Origin: an uncultured Bacteroidota bacterium
GTDB taxonomy: Bacteria; Bacteroidota; Ignavibacteria; UBA10030; UBA6906
Reading direction: 5' to 3'
Assembly: GCA_963700635.1 (NCBI GenBank)
Contig: CAVOYH010000005.1
Span: 32,001 to 96,000 of the forward strand
Length of the DNA: 64,000 nt
Shown here: piece after piece, positions 49,374 to 60,305 of the stretch
How positions within the stretch are numbered: the stretch's first letter is position 1
Layout: every line of letters begins with the position of its first letter
The notes under the pieces: generated by a model
Database searches by the model: none
The model's input: only the letters and a program-made list of their open reading frames with translations
What the model was told of the DNA's origin: nothing
Translations under genes and position numbers: made by a program

Positions 49374-51063
49374 ATGCGACTACAACTTCAGACGTTGCGC
49401 ACCGCTCTTGAAGAGAGCGCACAACGTTTCCCCACCCGCCCGGCCCTCACCATGATTGACGGCCATATTCTTACCTATGCCGAACTCTGGCAGCGTGCCC
49501 GTCAGGTTTCAGCGTTTCTGGCGCAGCGTGGTGTGCGCCATGGCGATCGCGTGGCACTCCTCGGTGAGAACATGCCGCACTGGGGAGTATGCTATTTTGG
49601 AATTACCTCGATGGGCGCCGTGGCAGTGCCCATCCTGCCCGATTTTCACGCCTCGGATATTGCCCGGATTCTTCGCCATGCGGAGGTGAGTGCCGTATTT
49701 GTGTCGCGACGCCTGATCGAAAAGCTGGGCGGATTGACGGAAGCTGAAACCGGTCCGGTGGTGTTCATGGAGGATTGGACGGAATCAACGGGCGCTCATA
49801 ACGGCTCCGTAACGGCGCAGACAAGTACAAGAGCCCATCTCCGTCCTCCAACCGTATGCCTCTGCTGACGCAGGACGGTTGATACCCGAACGATTGCCCG
49901 TGCGTGAAGACCTTGCGGCCATTGTGTATACCTCTGGCACGACCGGTCATTCGAAAGGCGTCATGCTCAGCCATGGTAATCTCCTTGCCGACGCCGAAGG
50001 CACGCTCCACATCGTAAACCTCGGCGAGAACGATCGTTTGCTTTCAATTCTCCCGCTGCCCCATACCTACGAATGTACGCTGGGCTTCATCACGCCGATC
50101 CTGGTTGGCGCGTCGATCCACTACATCGAAAAGCCGCCTACCGCTGCGGTTCTGCTTCCCGCTCTGGAGCGCGTCCGCCCGACCGTCATGCTTTCCGTCC
50201 CTCTTGTCATTGAAAAGATATACAAAGCCCGCATTCTTCCCCAGCTCACGAAGAGTCCACTGCTCCGGAAGGCACACAGCATCCCGTTTTTCAGAAGGAT
50301 TCTTCACCGGGTGGCGGGGAAGAAACTGCTCAGGATTTTTGGCGGGAGCTTGCGGCTGTTTACCATTGGCGGCGCCCCCCTCGCGCCTGATGTGGAGTTA
50401 TTCCTCCGCGAAGGGAAATTTCCATACGCCATCGGGTACGGGTTGACGGAAACAGCGCCGCTTGTTGCCGGAACCGGACCAGAGAAGACGCGTTACAAAT
50501 CCACCGGGCCCGCTTTGCCCGGCACCATGATCCGCCTCGCCAACCCCGATGCACACTCCGGAGAGGGAGAGATACAGATAAAAGGCCCAACGGTGATGAA
50601 AGGGTACTATCGGGATCCTGAGCGGACACGGCAGGTGCTCAGCGAGGACGGATGGCTCAGCACAGGTGACCTTGGTGTGATGGATGGGGACGGGTTCGTG
50701 TTTATTAAGGGCCGGCTCAAAAACATGATCCTGGGCCCAAGCGGAAAGAATATCTATCCCGAAGAAATTGAATCGGTCATCAACGAATTTGAAAGCGTTC
50801 ACGAGTCCGTTGTGTACGAATACCAGAACCGTCTTGTGGCTCTGGTTCATCTGGACTATGAACGGCTCCAGAAAGCCATCCACTCACTCGGTGAATCGGA
50901 CATCCGGCAGAAGGCCGCAGCCCTTCTTGCCGATATTCAAAAGCAGATAAACAACCGCGTACCCTTGTACTCCCGTATTCACAGGATCGTAGAACAGGCC
51001 GAACCGTTCCAGAAGACGCCCACCCAGAAGATCAAACGTCATCTGTATATTCCGCCCGCCTGA
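49374..51063 (+). CDS. Long-chain acyl-CoA synthetase (AMP-binding), frameshifted in the linker at about 49800-49870
   Basis: N-terminal part in ORF 49374..49868; YTSGTTG.SKG, GYGLTE and TGDLG in ORF 49879..51063. Confidence 0.88.
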
Positions 51064-51119
51064 CTCTTCCCACGGAATCCCGGCGTGTGACCGTCACTGA
51101 TCGGTGCCACCCCCGGAAC

Positions 51120-51569
51120 TTATGGGACCGGGAGTAAGTGTTTCTCCATGCACACTGCAGTTGTCGGGCACGCAGTTGAAAACTCAGCGGATGCTGTGAC
51201 CGGTCCGGTGATCGTTTCACGGCTGACCCGACGGTAACCCCGTTTCTGAAAAAAAGACTCTGCCGTTGTGGTGAGCAGGACGAGGCGCTGGATACCCGCA
51301 AATCGAGCCAGATCTTCGATACTCTCTACGAGACGGGATCCAGTGCCGGTCCGACGATGTGTGGTGGAGACAACGGCGGAACGTAGCAGGGCCAACGGAG
51401 GATAAAGCTCCAGCCCGATTGCCCCGATGATGATGTCCCGGTCAGCCGCGACCAGAAAATGTTCCATCGCGGGGGTCAGCCCATCAAGCGGCAGCGTATT
51501 GGCGGAGAGAAGTGCGCGGATCTGTTCCGCATCCGATGCCGTCGCCCGTCGAATCGTAAACAGGTTCAC
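51120..51569 (-). CDS. GNAT N-acetyltransferase, ArsN2-like
   Basis: LLRSAVV, LLTTTAESFF, SAEFSTACPTTAVCM; GTG start at 51569 assumed. Confidence 0.85.
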   Translation of the reverse strand: MNLFTIRRATASDAEQIRALLSANTLPLDGLTPAMEHFLVAADRDIIIGAIGLELYPPLALLRSAVVSTTHRRTGTGSRLVESIEDLARFAGIQRLVLLTTTAESFFQKRGYRRVSRETITGPVTASAEFSTACPTTAVCMEKHLLPVP

Positions 51570-51753
51570 AGGGTTCGCCCTGGTTGAGGTGTGCGTGCGG
51601 GAGGCCCGTTTTCTCCCTGGCCCGAAAGATAGGGACAGAACATCAGATGTACAAGTGCGCCGGTCCTTCGGGAGAATTCTTTGTGGACCGTTGTTTGACA
51701 AAGCCGTCTGCTTCCCGTAGATTGCCTGTGGTACACAAAACGATGGAGGATGA

Positions 51754-52941
51754 ATGCACCACGTCGAGCGTCGACATTTCCTGAAGACTTCTCTTGCTGT
51801 CACGTCGGGTGCGTTGCTCGGAACAGCGGCCGAGGGGTGGGGCCAGGATGCCGGAAAGAAACAACCTGCCGGCTCGCGGAAACTCATCACGCGCACTCTT
51901 GGAAGAACCGGTCTTGTACTTCCGATTGTCAGTATGGGTGTCATGCGTGCGGATAACCCCGGTCTTGTGCGCTCCGCGCTTGAGCAGGGGATGATTCATC
52001 TTGACACCGCGCACGGTTATCAGAGAGGGCGTAATGAGGAAATGCTGGGCAAGGTCCTTGCCGGGTATCCCCGCAGTTCATTTGTTATTGCGACAAAAGT
52101 GAAACCCGAGTCGGGTGATGCTCCGGAAGCAACCAGGGCCTGGCTTTCGAACCTCGATCTGAGCCTGCGACGTCTCACGATGGACTACGTAGACATCCTC
52201 TACCTGCATGCCATCGGGTCACGAGAGGAAGCGCTTGCGCCGGCGATGCTTGAAGCGCTCAGGCAGGCGAAGGAATCCGGGCGCGCCAGATTTGTCGGAC
52301 TTTCCACCCATGAAAGGGAACCGGAGGTCATCGATGCCGCCGTCGAGTGCGGAGTCTACGACGTTGTGCTCACTGCGGTGAATTTTAAGCAGGATCACTA
52401 CCCGTCGGTGAAAGCGGCAATCGCAAGGGCCGCCGCAGCCGGTGTCGGGATCGTTGGAATGAAAACTATGGCGGGTGGATACTATGACAAGGCAAAAACG
52501 AGGCGTGTAAATTGTAAGGCGGCGTTGAAGTTTGTTCTGCAGGACGAGCATGTGACCACCACGATCCCCGGCATCACCTCGTTCGACCAGCTCGCGGAAA
52601 ACGCGAGTGTGAATTCCGATCTCGTCCTCACTGAGGAGGAACGGGATGCCCTCGCGGCCGGGAACCTTGAAGGTGGGTTGTATTGTCAGGGCTGCCGGCA
52701 ATGTGTAGAGACCTGCGACAGGGGGATCCACATTCCCGCCTATATGCGTGCGTTTATGTACACATACGGCTACCGCGATCTTAGTCTGGCTCACACACTA
52801 CTCTCACAGGTGGATACCGATGCAAATCCCTGCGCAGACTGTGCGTCGTGCTCGGTGCGCTGTGCAAAGGATTTCCCGGTTCGTGAACGGATCGCGGATG
52901 TCCGGCGTGTCAGAATGATACCGGAAGACCTGCTCGCATGA
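51754..52941 (+). CDS. Tat-signal aldo/keto reductase with C-terminal Fe-S Cys motifs
   Basis: RRHFLK; RTLGRTGL; DTAHGY; CQGCRQCVETC and CADCASCSVRC. Confidence 0.9.
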   Translation: MHHVERRHFLKTSLAVTSGALLGTAAEGWGQDAGKKQPAGSRKLITRTLGRTGLVLPIVSMGVMRADNPGLVRSALEQGMIHLDTAHGYQRGRNEEMLGKVLAGYPRSSFVIATKVKPESGDAPEATRAWLSNLDLSLRRLTMDYVDILYLHAIGSREEALAPAMLEALRQAKESGRARFVGLSTHEREPEVIDAAVECGVYDVVLTAVNFKQDHYPSVKAAIARAAAAGVGIVGMKTMAGGYYDKAKTRRVNCKAALKFVLQDEHVTTTIPGITSFDQLAENASVNSDLVLTEEERDALAAGNLEGGLYCQGCRQCVETCDRGIHIPAYMRAFMYTYGYRDLSLAHTLLSQVDTDANPCADCASCSVRCAKDFPVRERIADVRRVRMIPEDLLA

Positions 52942-53807
52942 TCGGCGCAGGACGGCATACAGTGGTGCACATCGTCATTCTTGCGATGGGTCTCCTTGGT
53001 CCGCAGACATTGGCCTTCAGCCCTGATGCCACGGATCAGTTCCCCCGACTGGAGGGATGGACGGTGTTCTGCGATACGACGGAGTACGCGCCGGAAACGT
53101 TGTGGAAGTACATCAATGGCGCCGCTGACCTCTTTGTCAGCTATCAATTCGAAAATCTGCGTATTGCGTACTATCAAAACGTGTCCGGGGTGGAGATCCG
53201 GGCTGAACTCTACCGGCATTCATCAGATGCCAATGCGTACGGCATGTACTCCCAGGAGAGGTCTCCGGAAAATGCCGTCGTACCGTTTGGCGCCGAGGGG
53301 TGCGCTGATGAAGGGATGCTGAATTTCGTGGCCGGCCCGTTCTACGTGAAGCTCTCGTCCAATCAGACAGGCGGGGAAGTGGAGTCAGCTCTGGGAAACG
53401 TCGCCGCGGCAATTGACCGCACACTCGGGCAACCCCGCCGCCTGCCGGCAGGTTTTGATCTGCTGCCTGTTGCCGGCCGTGTTCCCCGGTCGGAGCAATT
53501 TATAGCAGAGGCCTATCTCGGGTACGAATTTCTGGGAGGTGTTTACAGTGCGTCATACGGAACTCCGGATGGATGCCGTGTTTTCGCCCTCCCGTGCGAG
53601 TCTCCCGAAGACGCCCGGGCCACTCTTGCTTCGTTTCTTGGTGTACCTTTGTTGAAGATTCGGAACGACGCGGGCGATGTCATCTCTGTCGAAGATCCGC
53701 ATCATGGTCCGATCGACCTTCTGGTAAAAGGAACCGCGTTGATGGGCATCGTAGGGTGTCCCGAAATAGAACCGTCACGCCTTCTGCTCCGGAAAGGCCT
53801 ACAATAA
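52938..53807 (+). CDS. Secreted DUF6599-like protein
   Basis: Signal peptide; LWKYINGAADLF and AYGMYSQER; overlaps the AKR stop codon. Confidence 0.72.
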   Translation: MIGAGRHTVVHIVILAMGLLGPQTLAFSPDATDQFPRLEGWTVFCDTTEYAPETLWKYINGAADLFVSYQFENLRIAYYQNVSGVEIRAELYRHSSDANAYGMYSQERSPENAVVPFGAEGCADEGMLNFVAGPFYVKLSSNQTGGEVESALGNVAAAIDRTLGQPRRLPAGFDLLPVAGRVPRSEQFIAEAYLGYEFLGGVYSASYGTPDGCRVFALPCESPEDARATLASFLGVPLLKIRNDAGDVISVEDPHHGPIDLLVKGTALMGIVGCPEIEPSRLLLRKGLQ

Positions 53808-53916
53808 CGATCTGGCTATAAATAGCCAGCTGTATGATCCCGGACTTCCAGGGCGACCCATCCCCTCGGTCAACCTTCTAAAGTGTTACCTGCCTTCATC
53901 TTCTGGCCACTCCTTC

Positions 53917-53932
53917 TGGTACGGCACTTGCA
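53917..53932 (+). promoter_or_regulatory. Possible sigma54 promoter
   Basis: TGGTAC-GGCAC-TTGCA with correct GG-N10-GC spacing upstream of the hybrid kinase. Confidence 0.5.
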
Positions 53933-53944
53933 TGCCATAGGGCT

Positions 53945-56713
53945 ATGAATGCCCTTACATCCCCCGAACTTGCCCGGGTGGTCATAGCCGATGATGAGAG
54001 AATCGTCGCCGCAGATCTTCGCCGACGCGTGATGGCGCTGGGATATACGGTCGTCGGAGTCGTGGGGAGCGGGGAGGAGGCTGTCCGGGTTTCCCTCGAA
54101 CAGCGGCCGGATCTGGTCCTGCTGGACATCGGCATGGAAGGGGCGTACGACGGCATCACTGCAGCGGCGAACATACGTGCAGAAGTGGATGTTCCCGTCA
54201 TCTTCATTACCTCGTACTCGGATAAGGAGACACTCCGACGTGCGAAAGAGATTGGTCCCTTCGGTTATGTCCTGAAGCCGTTTGATGAGCGGGAGCTGGC
54301 CACGACCATCGAAATGGCTCTCTTCCGCCATCACATGGATCAGAAGCTTCGCAGGAGCGAAGAACTGTACCGGACGTTGATCGAGAACACGGGAGAGGGA
54401 ATCGCATTTGTTGATCTGAACGAACAGTTCACATTTGCGAATCCCACGGCCGAACAGATTTTTGGCGTTGAACAGGGGATGTTGCAGGGACGGTGTATCC
54501 GGGAGTTTACGACTCCGGAAGTTTTCCAGGCCATCCGGGAACAAACGAAAACACGCCACGGCGGCGCGCGTGCCAGTTACACCATAAACATTATTCGGGC
54601 CGACGGCGAACCACGCACTCTTTTGATCACTGCCACGCCACAATTTGACGATCGGGGAGTTCTCACCGGCGCCTTCGGGATTTTCCGGGATATTACCGAA
54701 AAACACGAGGCCGAAGAGGCATTACGTGTGAGCGAGCAGCGATTCCGGGATTTGTATGACGACGCACCGGTTGGGTATCACGAAATCGATCGTGACGGCA
54801 TCATCACGCGTGTGAACAAGACAGAACTTGCGATGATGGGCTACACGCTCGAGGAGATGCTCGGCAAACCGGTGTGGGAATTCATTGTTGATCCCGAGGC
54901 CTCCCGTCTTGCCGTGATGCGGAAAATGACCGGCAGGGGCAGTTCCTCCGAGCCGTATGAACGAATCTTCCGGCGAAAAGATCAATCGTGCGTTCCCGTG
55001 CTGATAGAGGATCGTGTGCAGAGGGACACCGAGGGTGTGGTGACCGGAATTCGCTCGACCATGCAGGATATCACTGAGAGGAAGCGTTCCGAGGAAGAAC
55101 TGCGCCAGTACGCGGAAGAACTCCGCCTGGCCAAGGATGCCGCGGAAAAGGCGAACGGGGCGAAGGCGAACTTCCTCGCTGCGATGAGCCATGAGATCCG
55201 CACTCCCATGAACGGCGTTATCGGGATGACGAGTCTGCTGCTCGAAACCCCGTTGACGGAAGAACAACTCGGATATGCTGAAACCATCCGCAATAGCGGC
55301 GAGTCGCTTCTCGGAATTCTGAACGAGATCCTGGACTTCTCCAAGATTGAATCGGGTAAAGTGGATCTTGAACAACAAGCATTCTCGCCCCTTGCGTGCG
55401 TCGAGGAAGCTCTCGACCTCTTCGCCCGGCGGGCGTCAGAAAAGTCTATCGAGCTTATGTGTCACGTGGATCCAGGGGTTCCCGGGATCGTCATCGGGGA
55501 CGAGACGCGCGTGCGCCAGATTCTTGCAAATCTTGTCGGCAATGCAGTGAAGTTCACCGAGAGTGGAGAGATTCTGGTTACCGTGGTGGCGAACAGCATC
55601 GACGGAGGATTGGTCGAGATTCTGATTGCGGTGAAGGATACCGGGATAGGCATCTCGTCTGAATCCATGGAAAATCTTTTTACTCCTTTTACTCAGGCAG
55701 ACGTATCCATAGCGCGCCGATTCGGTGGAACGGGATTAGGTCTGGCTATCTGTAAACGGCTTGTGGAGTTGATGGAAGGACGAATCTGGGTGGAGAGTAC
55801 TGACGGCGTCGGGTCAGTCTTCTATGTCACTCTGCGTGTCCCCATCGGCGCGATGGACGAACATTCAGGGGTTGGTGCAGGCGACTCTCTCTCCGGAAAG
55901 AGGGTGCTTGTTCTCGACGATAATAAAACCAGTGGGATGCTGTTGTCCCGGTTTTGTGAGGCGGAGGGGATGGAATCGCGGTTCATCCTGAGGCCGGAAG
56001 AAGCGCTGTCACTTCTTGCGTCAGGGGCAATATTTGACGTTGCCCTGGTGGATTTGCTCATGCCCGGCATGGATGGAGTGGAGTTTGCACGTCGTGCGCG
56101 CGCTCATTCCGGACACGGGGGGCTGCCCATGATCCTGCTTTCTTCCGGGAGCAGGTATAACGGAGAAAGTGAATATCTCGGGAGCTTGTTTTGCGGTCAG
56201 GCACTAAAGCCCGTCAAGCGCTCACAACTCAAGAAGCTTCTGCTGTCCGCGCTGGGCGGCAAGCAAGGTCTCGCCCGGATTCTGAGTACGGTTACGCTCG
56301 ACGCAACACTGGCAAGCCGGTTGCCGTTGCGCATCCTCATAGCCGAGGACAACCCCATCAATCAAGCCCTTGGCATCGCCATCCTCAAACGAATGGGATA
56401 TCGGGCCGATGTCGCTGCTGACGGCCAGGAGGTTCTGGATGCTCTCGCGCGGCAGCCGTATGACCTTATCTTTATGGACGTGCAAATGCCGGTGATGGAC
56501 GGCCTGGAGGCAACCCGGCGGATCATTGCGTCAACACCAGACGAACTGCGTCCCCGTATCATTGCAGTTACGGCCAATGTTATGCAGGGTGACAAGGAGC
56601 GATGTGTCCAGTCGGGTATGGACGACTACATCAGCAAACCTGTAAAACTCGAAGAAATACAGGCCATGGTGGAAAAACACGGTGCCTGCGTGGTGACCCG
56701 AACCGGTGCGTGA
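53945..56713 (+). CDS. Cytoplasmic hybrid kinase REC-PAS-PAS-HisKA-HATPase-REC-REC
   Basis: N-terminal [30 protein letters not shown]. Confidence 0.93.
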   Translation: MNALTSPELARVVIADDERIVAADLRRRVMALGYTVVGVVGSGEEAVRVSLEQRPDLVLLDIGMEGAYDGITAAANIRAEVDVPVIFITSYSDKETLRRAKEIGPFGYVLKPFDERELATTIEMALFRHHMDQKLRRSEELYRTLIENTGEGIAFVDLNEQFTFANPTAEQIFGVEQGMLQGRCIREFTTPEVFQAIREQTKTRHGGARASYTINIIRADGEPRTLLITATPQFDDRGVLTGAFGIFRDITEKHEAEEALRVSEQRFRDLYDDAPVGYHEIDRDGIITRVNKTELAMMGYTLEEMLGKPVWEFIVDPEASRLAVMRKMTGRGSSSEPYERIFRRKDQSCVPVLIEDRVQRDTEGVVTGIRSTMQDITERKRSEEELRQYAEELRLAKDAAEKANGAKANFLAAMSHEIRTPMNGVIGMTSLLLETPLTEEQLGYAETIRNSGESLLGILNEILDFSKIESGKVDLEQQAFSPLACVEEALDLFARRASEKSIELMCHVDPGVPGIVIGDETRVRQILANLVGNAVKFTESGEILVTVVANSIDGGLVEILIAVKDTGIGISSESMENLFTPFTQADVSIARRFGGTGLGLAICKRLVELMEGRIWVESTDGVGSVFYVTLRVPIGAMDEHSGVGAGDSLSGKRVLVLDDNKTSGMLLSRFCEAEGMESRFILRPEEALSLLASGAIFDVALVDLLMPGMDGVEFARRARAHSGHGGLPMILLSSGSRYNGESEYLGSLFCGQALKPVKRSQLKKLLLSALGGKQGLARILSTVTLDATLASRLPLRILIAEDNPINQALGIAILKRMGYRADVAADGQEVLDALARQPYDLIFMDVQMPVMDGLEATRRIIASTPDELRPRIIAVTANVMQGDKERCVQSGMDDYISKPVKLEEIQAMVEKHGACVVTRTGA

Positions 56714-56770
56714 CTTTTATGCTGGATTCCTGTATATTCCAGCGATCGTTTCTCAGGGAGGTTGTCTGCA

Positions 56771-57307
56771 ATGACCGATTTCCGCGCACGAGTGTTCGGC
56801 TATCGCCGCAAGCATTCACAAGACGAAGCCCTCCGGGCTGTTCTCAAAAAGATCCCTGTCTTTGAAGGTTTCTCCTCGCGCGAACTCGGCGCTCTCGAAC
56901 GTGTCCTCCACAGACGGGAATATCTTCCAGAAGAAGTGATCATCCGGCAGGATGAACCGGGTCTCGGCATGTACATCATTCAGTCAGGCGAGGCCGTCGT
57001 CATCTCGGGACGTGATAATGTGCAGCTGTCGCGGCTCTCGAACGGTGATTTTTTTGGGGAAGTCTCACTTCTGGACGAAACCCCCAGGTCCGCTACCGTC
57101 GTGGCAAAAACACACTGCCACATCCTTGGTTTTTTTCAGTCCGATCTGTTCGCCCTGATGGAGCGCAATCCCCGTTTCGGGGTGAAGATTGTTATCCGGG
57201 TGGCAAAGATCATCGGCGATCGTTTACGCAAGGCCAATCAGCAGGTCCTAGCGCTCAATGAGCAGCTCTCTGCGGCCCTTCAAAAAAGTCCGGGATCTCC
57301 ATTGTGA
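56771..57307 (+). CDS. Cyclic nucleotide-binding domain protein
   Basis: GDFFGEVSLL...PRSATVVA. Confidence 0.9.
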   Translation: MTDFRARVFGYRRKHSQDEALRAVLKKIPVFEGFSSRELGALERVLHRREYLPEEVIIRQDEPGLGMYIIQSGEAVVISGRDNVQLSRLSNGDFFGEVSLLDETPRSATVVAKTHCHILGFFQSDLFALMERNPRFGVKIVIRVAKIIGDRLRKANQQVLALNEQLSAALQKSPGSPL

Positions 57308-58347
57308 TGAATATGCCCGCCGGTCGCCCCTCCCGTGAGCTGATTCCACTCCTCGTCACCATCGTCGTCGCGGTGTTCCTTCTTTTTGTCGGTGGCGCTG
57401 CCCAGGTTGTGATTCTGTCGCTCCTCCTTGCCTACATCCTCGACCCTCTTGCCACGGCACTGGAGGCAAGGGGAATGAGCCGGACGCTTGCTGTTATCCT
57501 GCTCGTGCTCTTTCTCCTGTGCGCAGTCGTGGGAACGGGCTTTGTTCTGGTGCCAGTCGTCTTCGAGCAGATGCAGGGGCTTCAATCGGGGACGACAACG
57601 GGGCAGGCCGCTGAGGCCATCAAAGGGATTGAACTCTCATTGAAAACCCAATTCGGTTTTCTCGGACTGGATGATCTGGATCTGCTTGCCCGGATTGCCG
57701 ATGTCAAGAAGATGATAGGGGAGCGGATGTTCGCGTTCCTTCTGAGTGATTCACTTACGCTCATCATTAACCTTGTCACGATCCCGTTTATGATGTTCTT
57801 CTTCCTGAGAGATGGAAGAGAGATGAAGAAGACACTTGTGAGCATGGTGCCGAACCGCTACTTCGAATTCACCCTCGATTTGTTGTACAAAATGGATGCT
57901 CAGCTGGGGAACTATCTGCGCGGACAGTTTTTTGATGCCCTCGTCTTCGGCGTCATGTCGGTGGTCGCACTCTGGTATCTCGGCGTGCCCTATTTTGTGT
58001 TTCTCGGTGTGTTTGCCGGACTCGCCAATCTTATCCCCTATGTTGGTCCGATCGCGGGCGTTATACCCGCAGTCGCTGTTGCGATCCTCGGAAGCGGCGA
58101 TCTGGGCAGCGCCCTTCCGGTGGTCGTCGCGTACTTTGGTTTGAAGCTTGTGGACGACTTTGTGGTGTCCCCCTATGTTGTCGCGTCCAGTGTCGAGATG
58201 CATCCTGTTCTGGTGCTGATTGCTATTATGGTGGGGGGGGAGTTATTCGGGATCCTGGGAATGCTGCTCGGCGTTCCGGTAGCAGGCTTCTTCAAGGTTG
58301 TTCTCAAAGAGGGGATCAGTACCTACCGCAAATACCGGTTCACCTGA
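57304..58347 (+). CDS. AI-2E family transporter
   Basis: AYILDP, YLRGQ, NLIPYVGP, HPVLVL...GGELFGILG. Confidence 0.92.
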   Translation: MMNMPAGRPSRELIPLLVTIVVAVFLLFVGGAAQVVILSLLLAYILDPLATALEARGMSRTLAVILLVLFLLCAVVGTGFVLVPVVFEQMQGLQSGTTTGQAAEAIKGIELSLKTQFGFLGLDDLDLLARIADVKKMIGERMFAFLLSDSLTLIINLVTIPFMMFFFLRDGREMKKTLVSMVPNRYFEFTLDLLYKMDAQLGNYLRGQFFDALVFGVMSVVALWYLGVPYFVFLGVFAGLANLIPYVGPIAGVIPAVAVAILGSGDLGSALPVVVAYFGLKLVDDFVVSPYVVASSVEMHPVLVLIAIMVGGELFGILGMLLGVPVAGFFKVVLKEGISTYRKYRFT

Positions 58348-58355
58348 GAGGTGCC

Positions 58356-59876
58356 ATGTTTCGTGGATTGTTCCGCACCAAGAGTCTGGATCACATTCTG
58401 CGTGAAGCGGAGAATCCGGACAAACAGCTTCGCCGCACCCTTGGTCCCTATGATGTTGTCTTGCTCGGTATCGGGGCGATTATCGGCTCGGGTATCTTTG
58501 CAACGATCGGCACGGCAGTCGCCGGTGATGCGCTCCGGCCCGGCGCCGGACCCGCCATCATCCTCTCATTCGCGCTGACTGCCGTTGCGTGTGCATTCTG
58601 CGGGCTGTGTTACGCTGAATTTGCCTCCCTGGTCCCCATCTCCGGCAGCGCTTACACCTACTCTTATGCCACATTGGGTGAACTGGTAGCGTGGATTATT
58701 GGATGGGACCTTATTATCGAGTATGCGGTGGGGAATGTCGCGGTGGCGATCGCATGGGCGGCGTACTTCCATCAACTGTGTGATGGACTCGGATGGCATA
58801 TCCCCGCCTGGCTCTCCGTGGATTATCGATCTGCCGTGCAGGCGGCTGAGGCAGCGGCTGGCGCTGCGGGCCAGGTCGATCCTTCAATGATCCTCCCCTA
58901 TGAGGCATGGCAGCATCATCCCGAGTTCCTGGGTATTCCTGTCATCTTCAACGCCCTGGCAGTCGGTATTGTGGCTGTTATTACATGGCTGCTGATCATC
59001 GGTGTTAAAGAGTCGATACGTGTGAACAACATCATGGTGATCATCAAACTCTGTATCCTGGGGTTCTTCATCTACGCGGGGGCGCAGTATGTGAAGCCAG
59101 AACACTGGACTCCGTTTATGCCCAACGGGTTTTCGGGTGTGTGGGTTGGCGCCAGTCTTATCTTCTTTGCCTACATCGGCTTTGATGCCATTTCAACGTC
59201 TGCGGAAGAGTGTCGCAAGCCCGCGCGGGATCTGCCCATCGGCATCATCGGGTCGCTGATCGTGTGCACGGTCATCTACATTGCTGTCGCGGTAGTGTTG
59301 ACCGGCATGGTGCCGTGGCAACATCTTGGTGTGGCCGACCCTCTCGCAGCTGCTTTCGCGTACGTGAACGCGGACATTTCTGCCGGGATTGTGGCGCTGG
59401 GTGCGGTAGTTTCCATGACGGCAGTCTTGCTCGTCTTCCAATACGGCCAGCCCAGAATTTTCTTTGCGATGTCCAGGGACGGTCTCCTTCCCGCCTATTT
59501 CTCAAAGGTCCATCCCCGGTACAAGACGCCTCACATCACCACATTCTGGACCGGTGTTGGTGTGGCAGCCGTCTCAGCGATAGCGAACATCAATGAGATT
59601 GTGGAGTTGACCAACATCGGAACCTTGTTTGCTTTTGTCCTGGTCTGTGTGGGTGTGATCATCCTGCGATACAAGGAGCCCGATCGGCCACGTGCATTCC
59701 GTACTCCGCTTGTCCCGCTCGTGCCGCTGCTCGGTATTGCCAGCTGCCTGTATCTGATGGCAGGGCTTCCGTGGATAACCTGGGCGCGGTTTGCGGGATG
59801 GCTGGCAATCGGACTGGTGATCTACCTGCTGTTCGGCTGGCGCCGCAGCAAGCTTGCGAACGAAAAGGACCAGTGA
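58356..59876 (+). CDS. APC-family amino acid permease
   Basis: GAIIGSGIF, CYAEFAS, SGSAYTYSY, FFAYIGFD. Confidence 0.94.
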   Translation: MFRGLFRTKSLDHILREAENPDKQLRRTLGPYDVVLLGIGAIIGSGIFATIGTAVAGDALRPGAGPAIILSFALTAVACAFCGLCYAEFASLVPISGSAYTYSYATLGELVAWIIGWDLIIEYAVGNVAVAIAWAAYFHQLCDGLGWHIPAWLSVDYRSAVQAAEAAAGAAGQVDPSMILPYEAWQHHPEFLGIPVIFNALAVGIVAVITWLLIIGVKESIRVNNIMVIIKLCILGFFIYAGAQYVKPEHWTPFMPNGFSGVWVGASLIFFAYIGFDAISTSAEECRKPARDLPIGIIGSLIVCTVIYIAVAVVLTGMVPWQHLGVADPLAAAFAYVNADISAGIVALGAVVSMTAVLLVFQYGQPRIFFAMSRDGLLPAYFSKVHPRYKTPHITTFWTGVGVAAVSAIANINEIVELTNIGTLFAFVLVCVGVIILRYKEPDRPRAFRTPLVPLVPLLGIASCLYLMAGLPWITWARFAGWLAIGLVIYLLFGWRRSKLANEKDQ

Positions 59877-59915
59877 TTTCTGTTTTGCGCGGGAGAGAGC
59901 GGCGGGGGGTGAGCG

Positions 59916-60305
59916 TTACAGGAGTGATTCGCGGAGATGTGCTTCGTTGCGTGCGCCGACCATAACGTCCAGGATCTTGCCGTCCTCAACAATGACCGTT
60001 GTTGGCGTGGCCATCACGCCAAAAGCGCGCGCTGCGTCAAAGTGCTCGGACACATCCACTTTGAAAATGTTCAGGTACTCTTCCTGCAGACGGTCGATGA
60101 CCGGCGTTTGCGAGCGGCAGGCCGAGCAGGAGGGGGTGTAAAAGTACGCCAGCACGCGGTCGCCGGAGGCGATCGCGTCACCCAGTGGACCACCTATTTT
60201 CTGAATCCTGCGCCCCCGCTGCCGTCGTGCCCGCACTCCAATCGTGATCTGCAGGAGAATCATAAGTCCTGCAAAGATGCCGAGGACGATGGCCAGCGTT
60301 GTCAT
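59916..60305 (-). CDS. Membrane-anchored thioredoxin-family protein
   Basis: N-terminal TM; CSAC active site; ATP cis-Pro loop. Confidence 0.85.
   Translation of the reverse strand: MTTLAIVLGIFAGLMILLQITIGVRARRQRGRRIQKIGGPLGDAIASGDRVLAYFYTPSCSACRSQTPVIDRLQEEYLNIFKVDVSEHFDAARAFGVMATPTTVIVEDGKILDVMVGARNEAHLRESLL

Noticed and set aside
51120-51944. 274-aa ORF as given, or an arsenic resistance operon
   Set aside because: The N-terminal extension overlaps the divergent AKR gene; only the last 149 aa look real, and no arsR, arsC or acr3 is adjacent.
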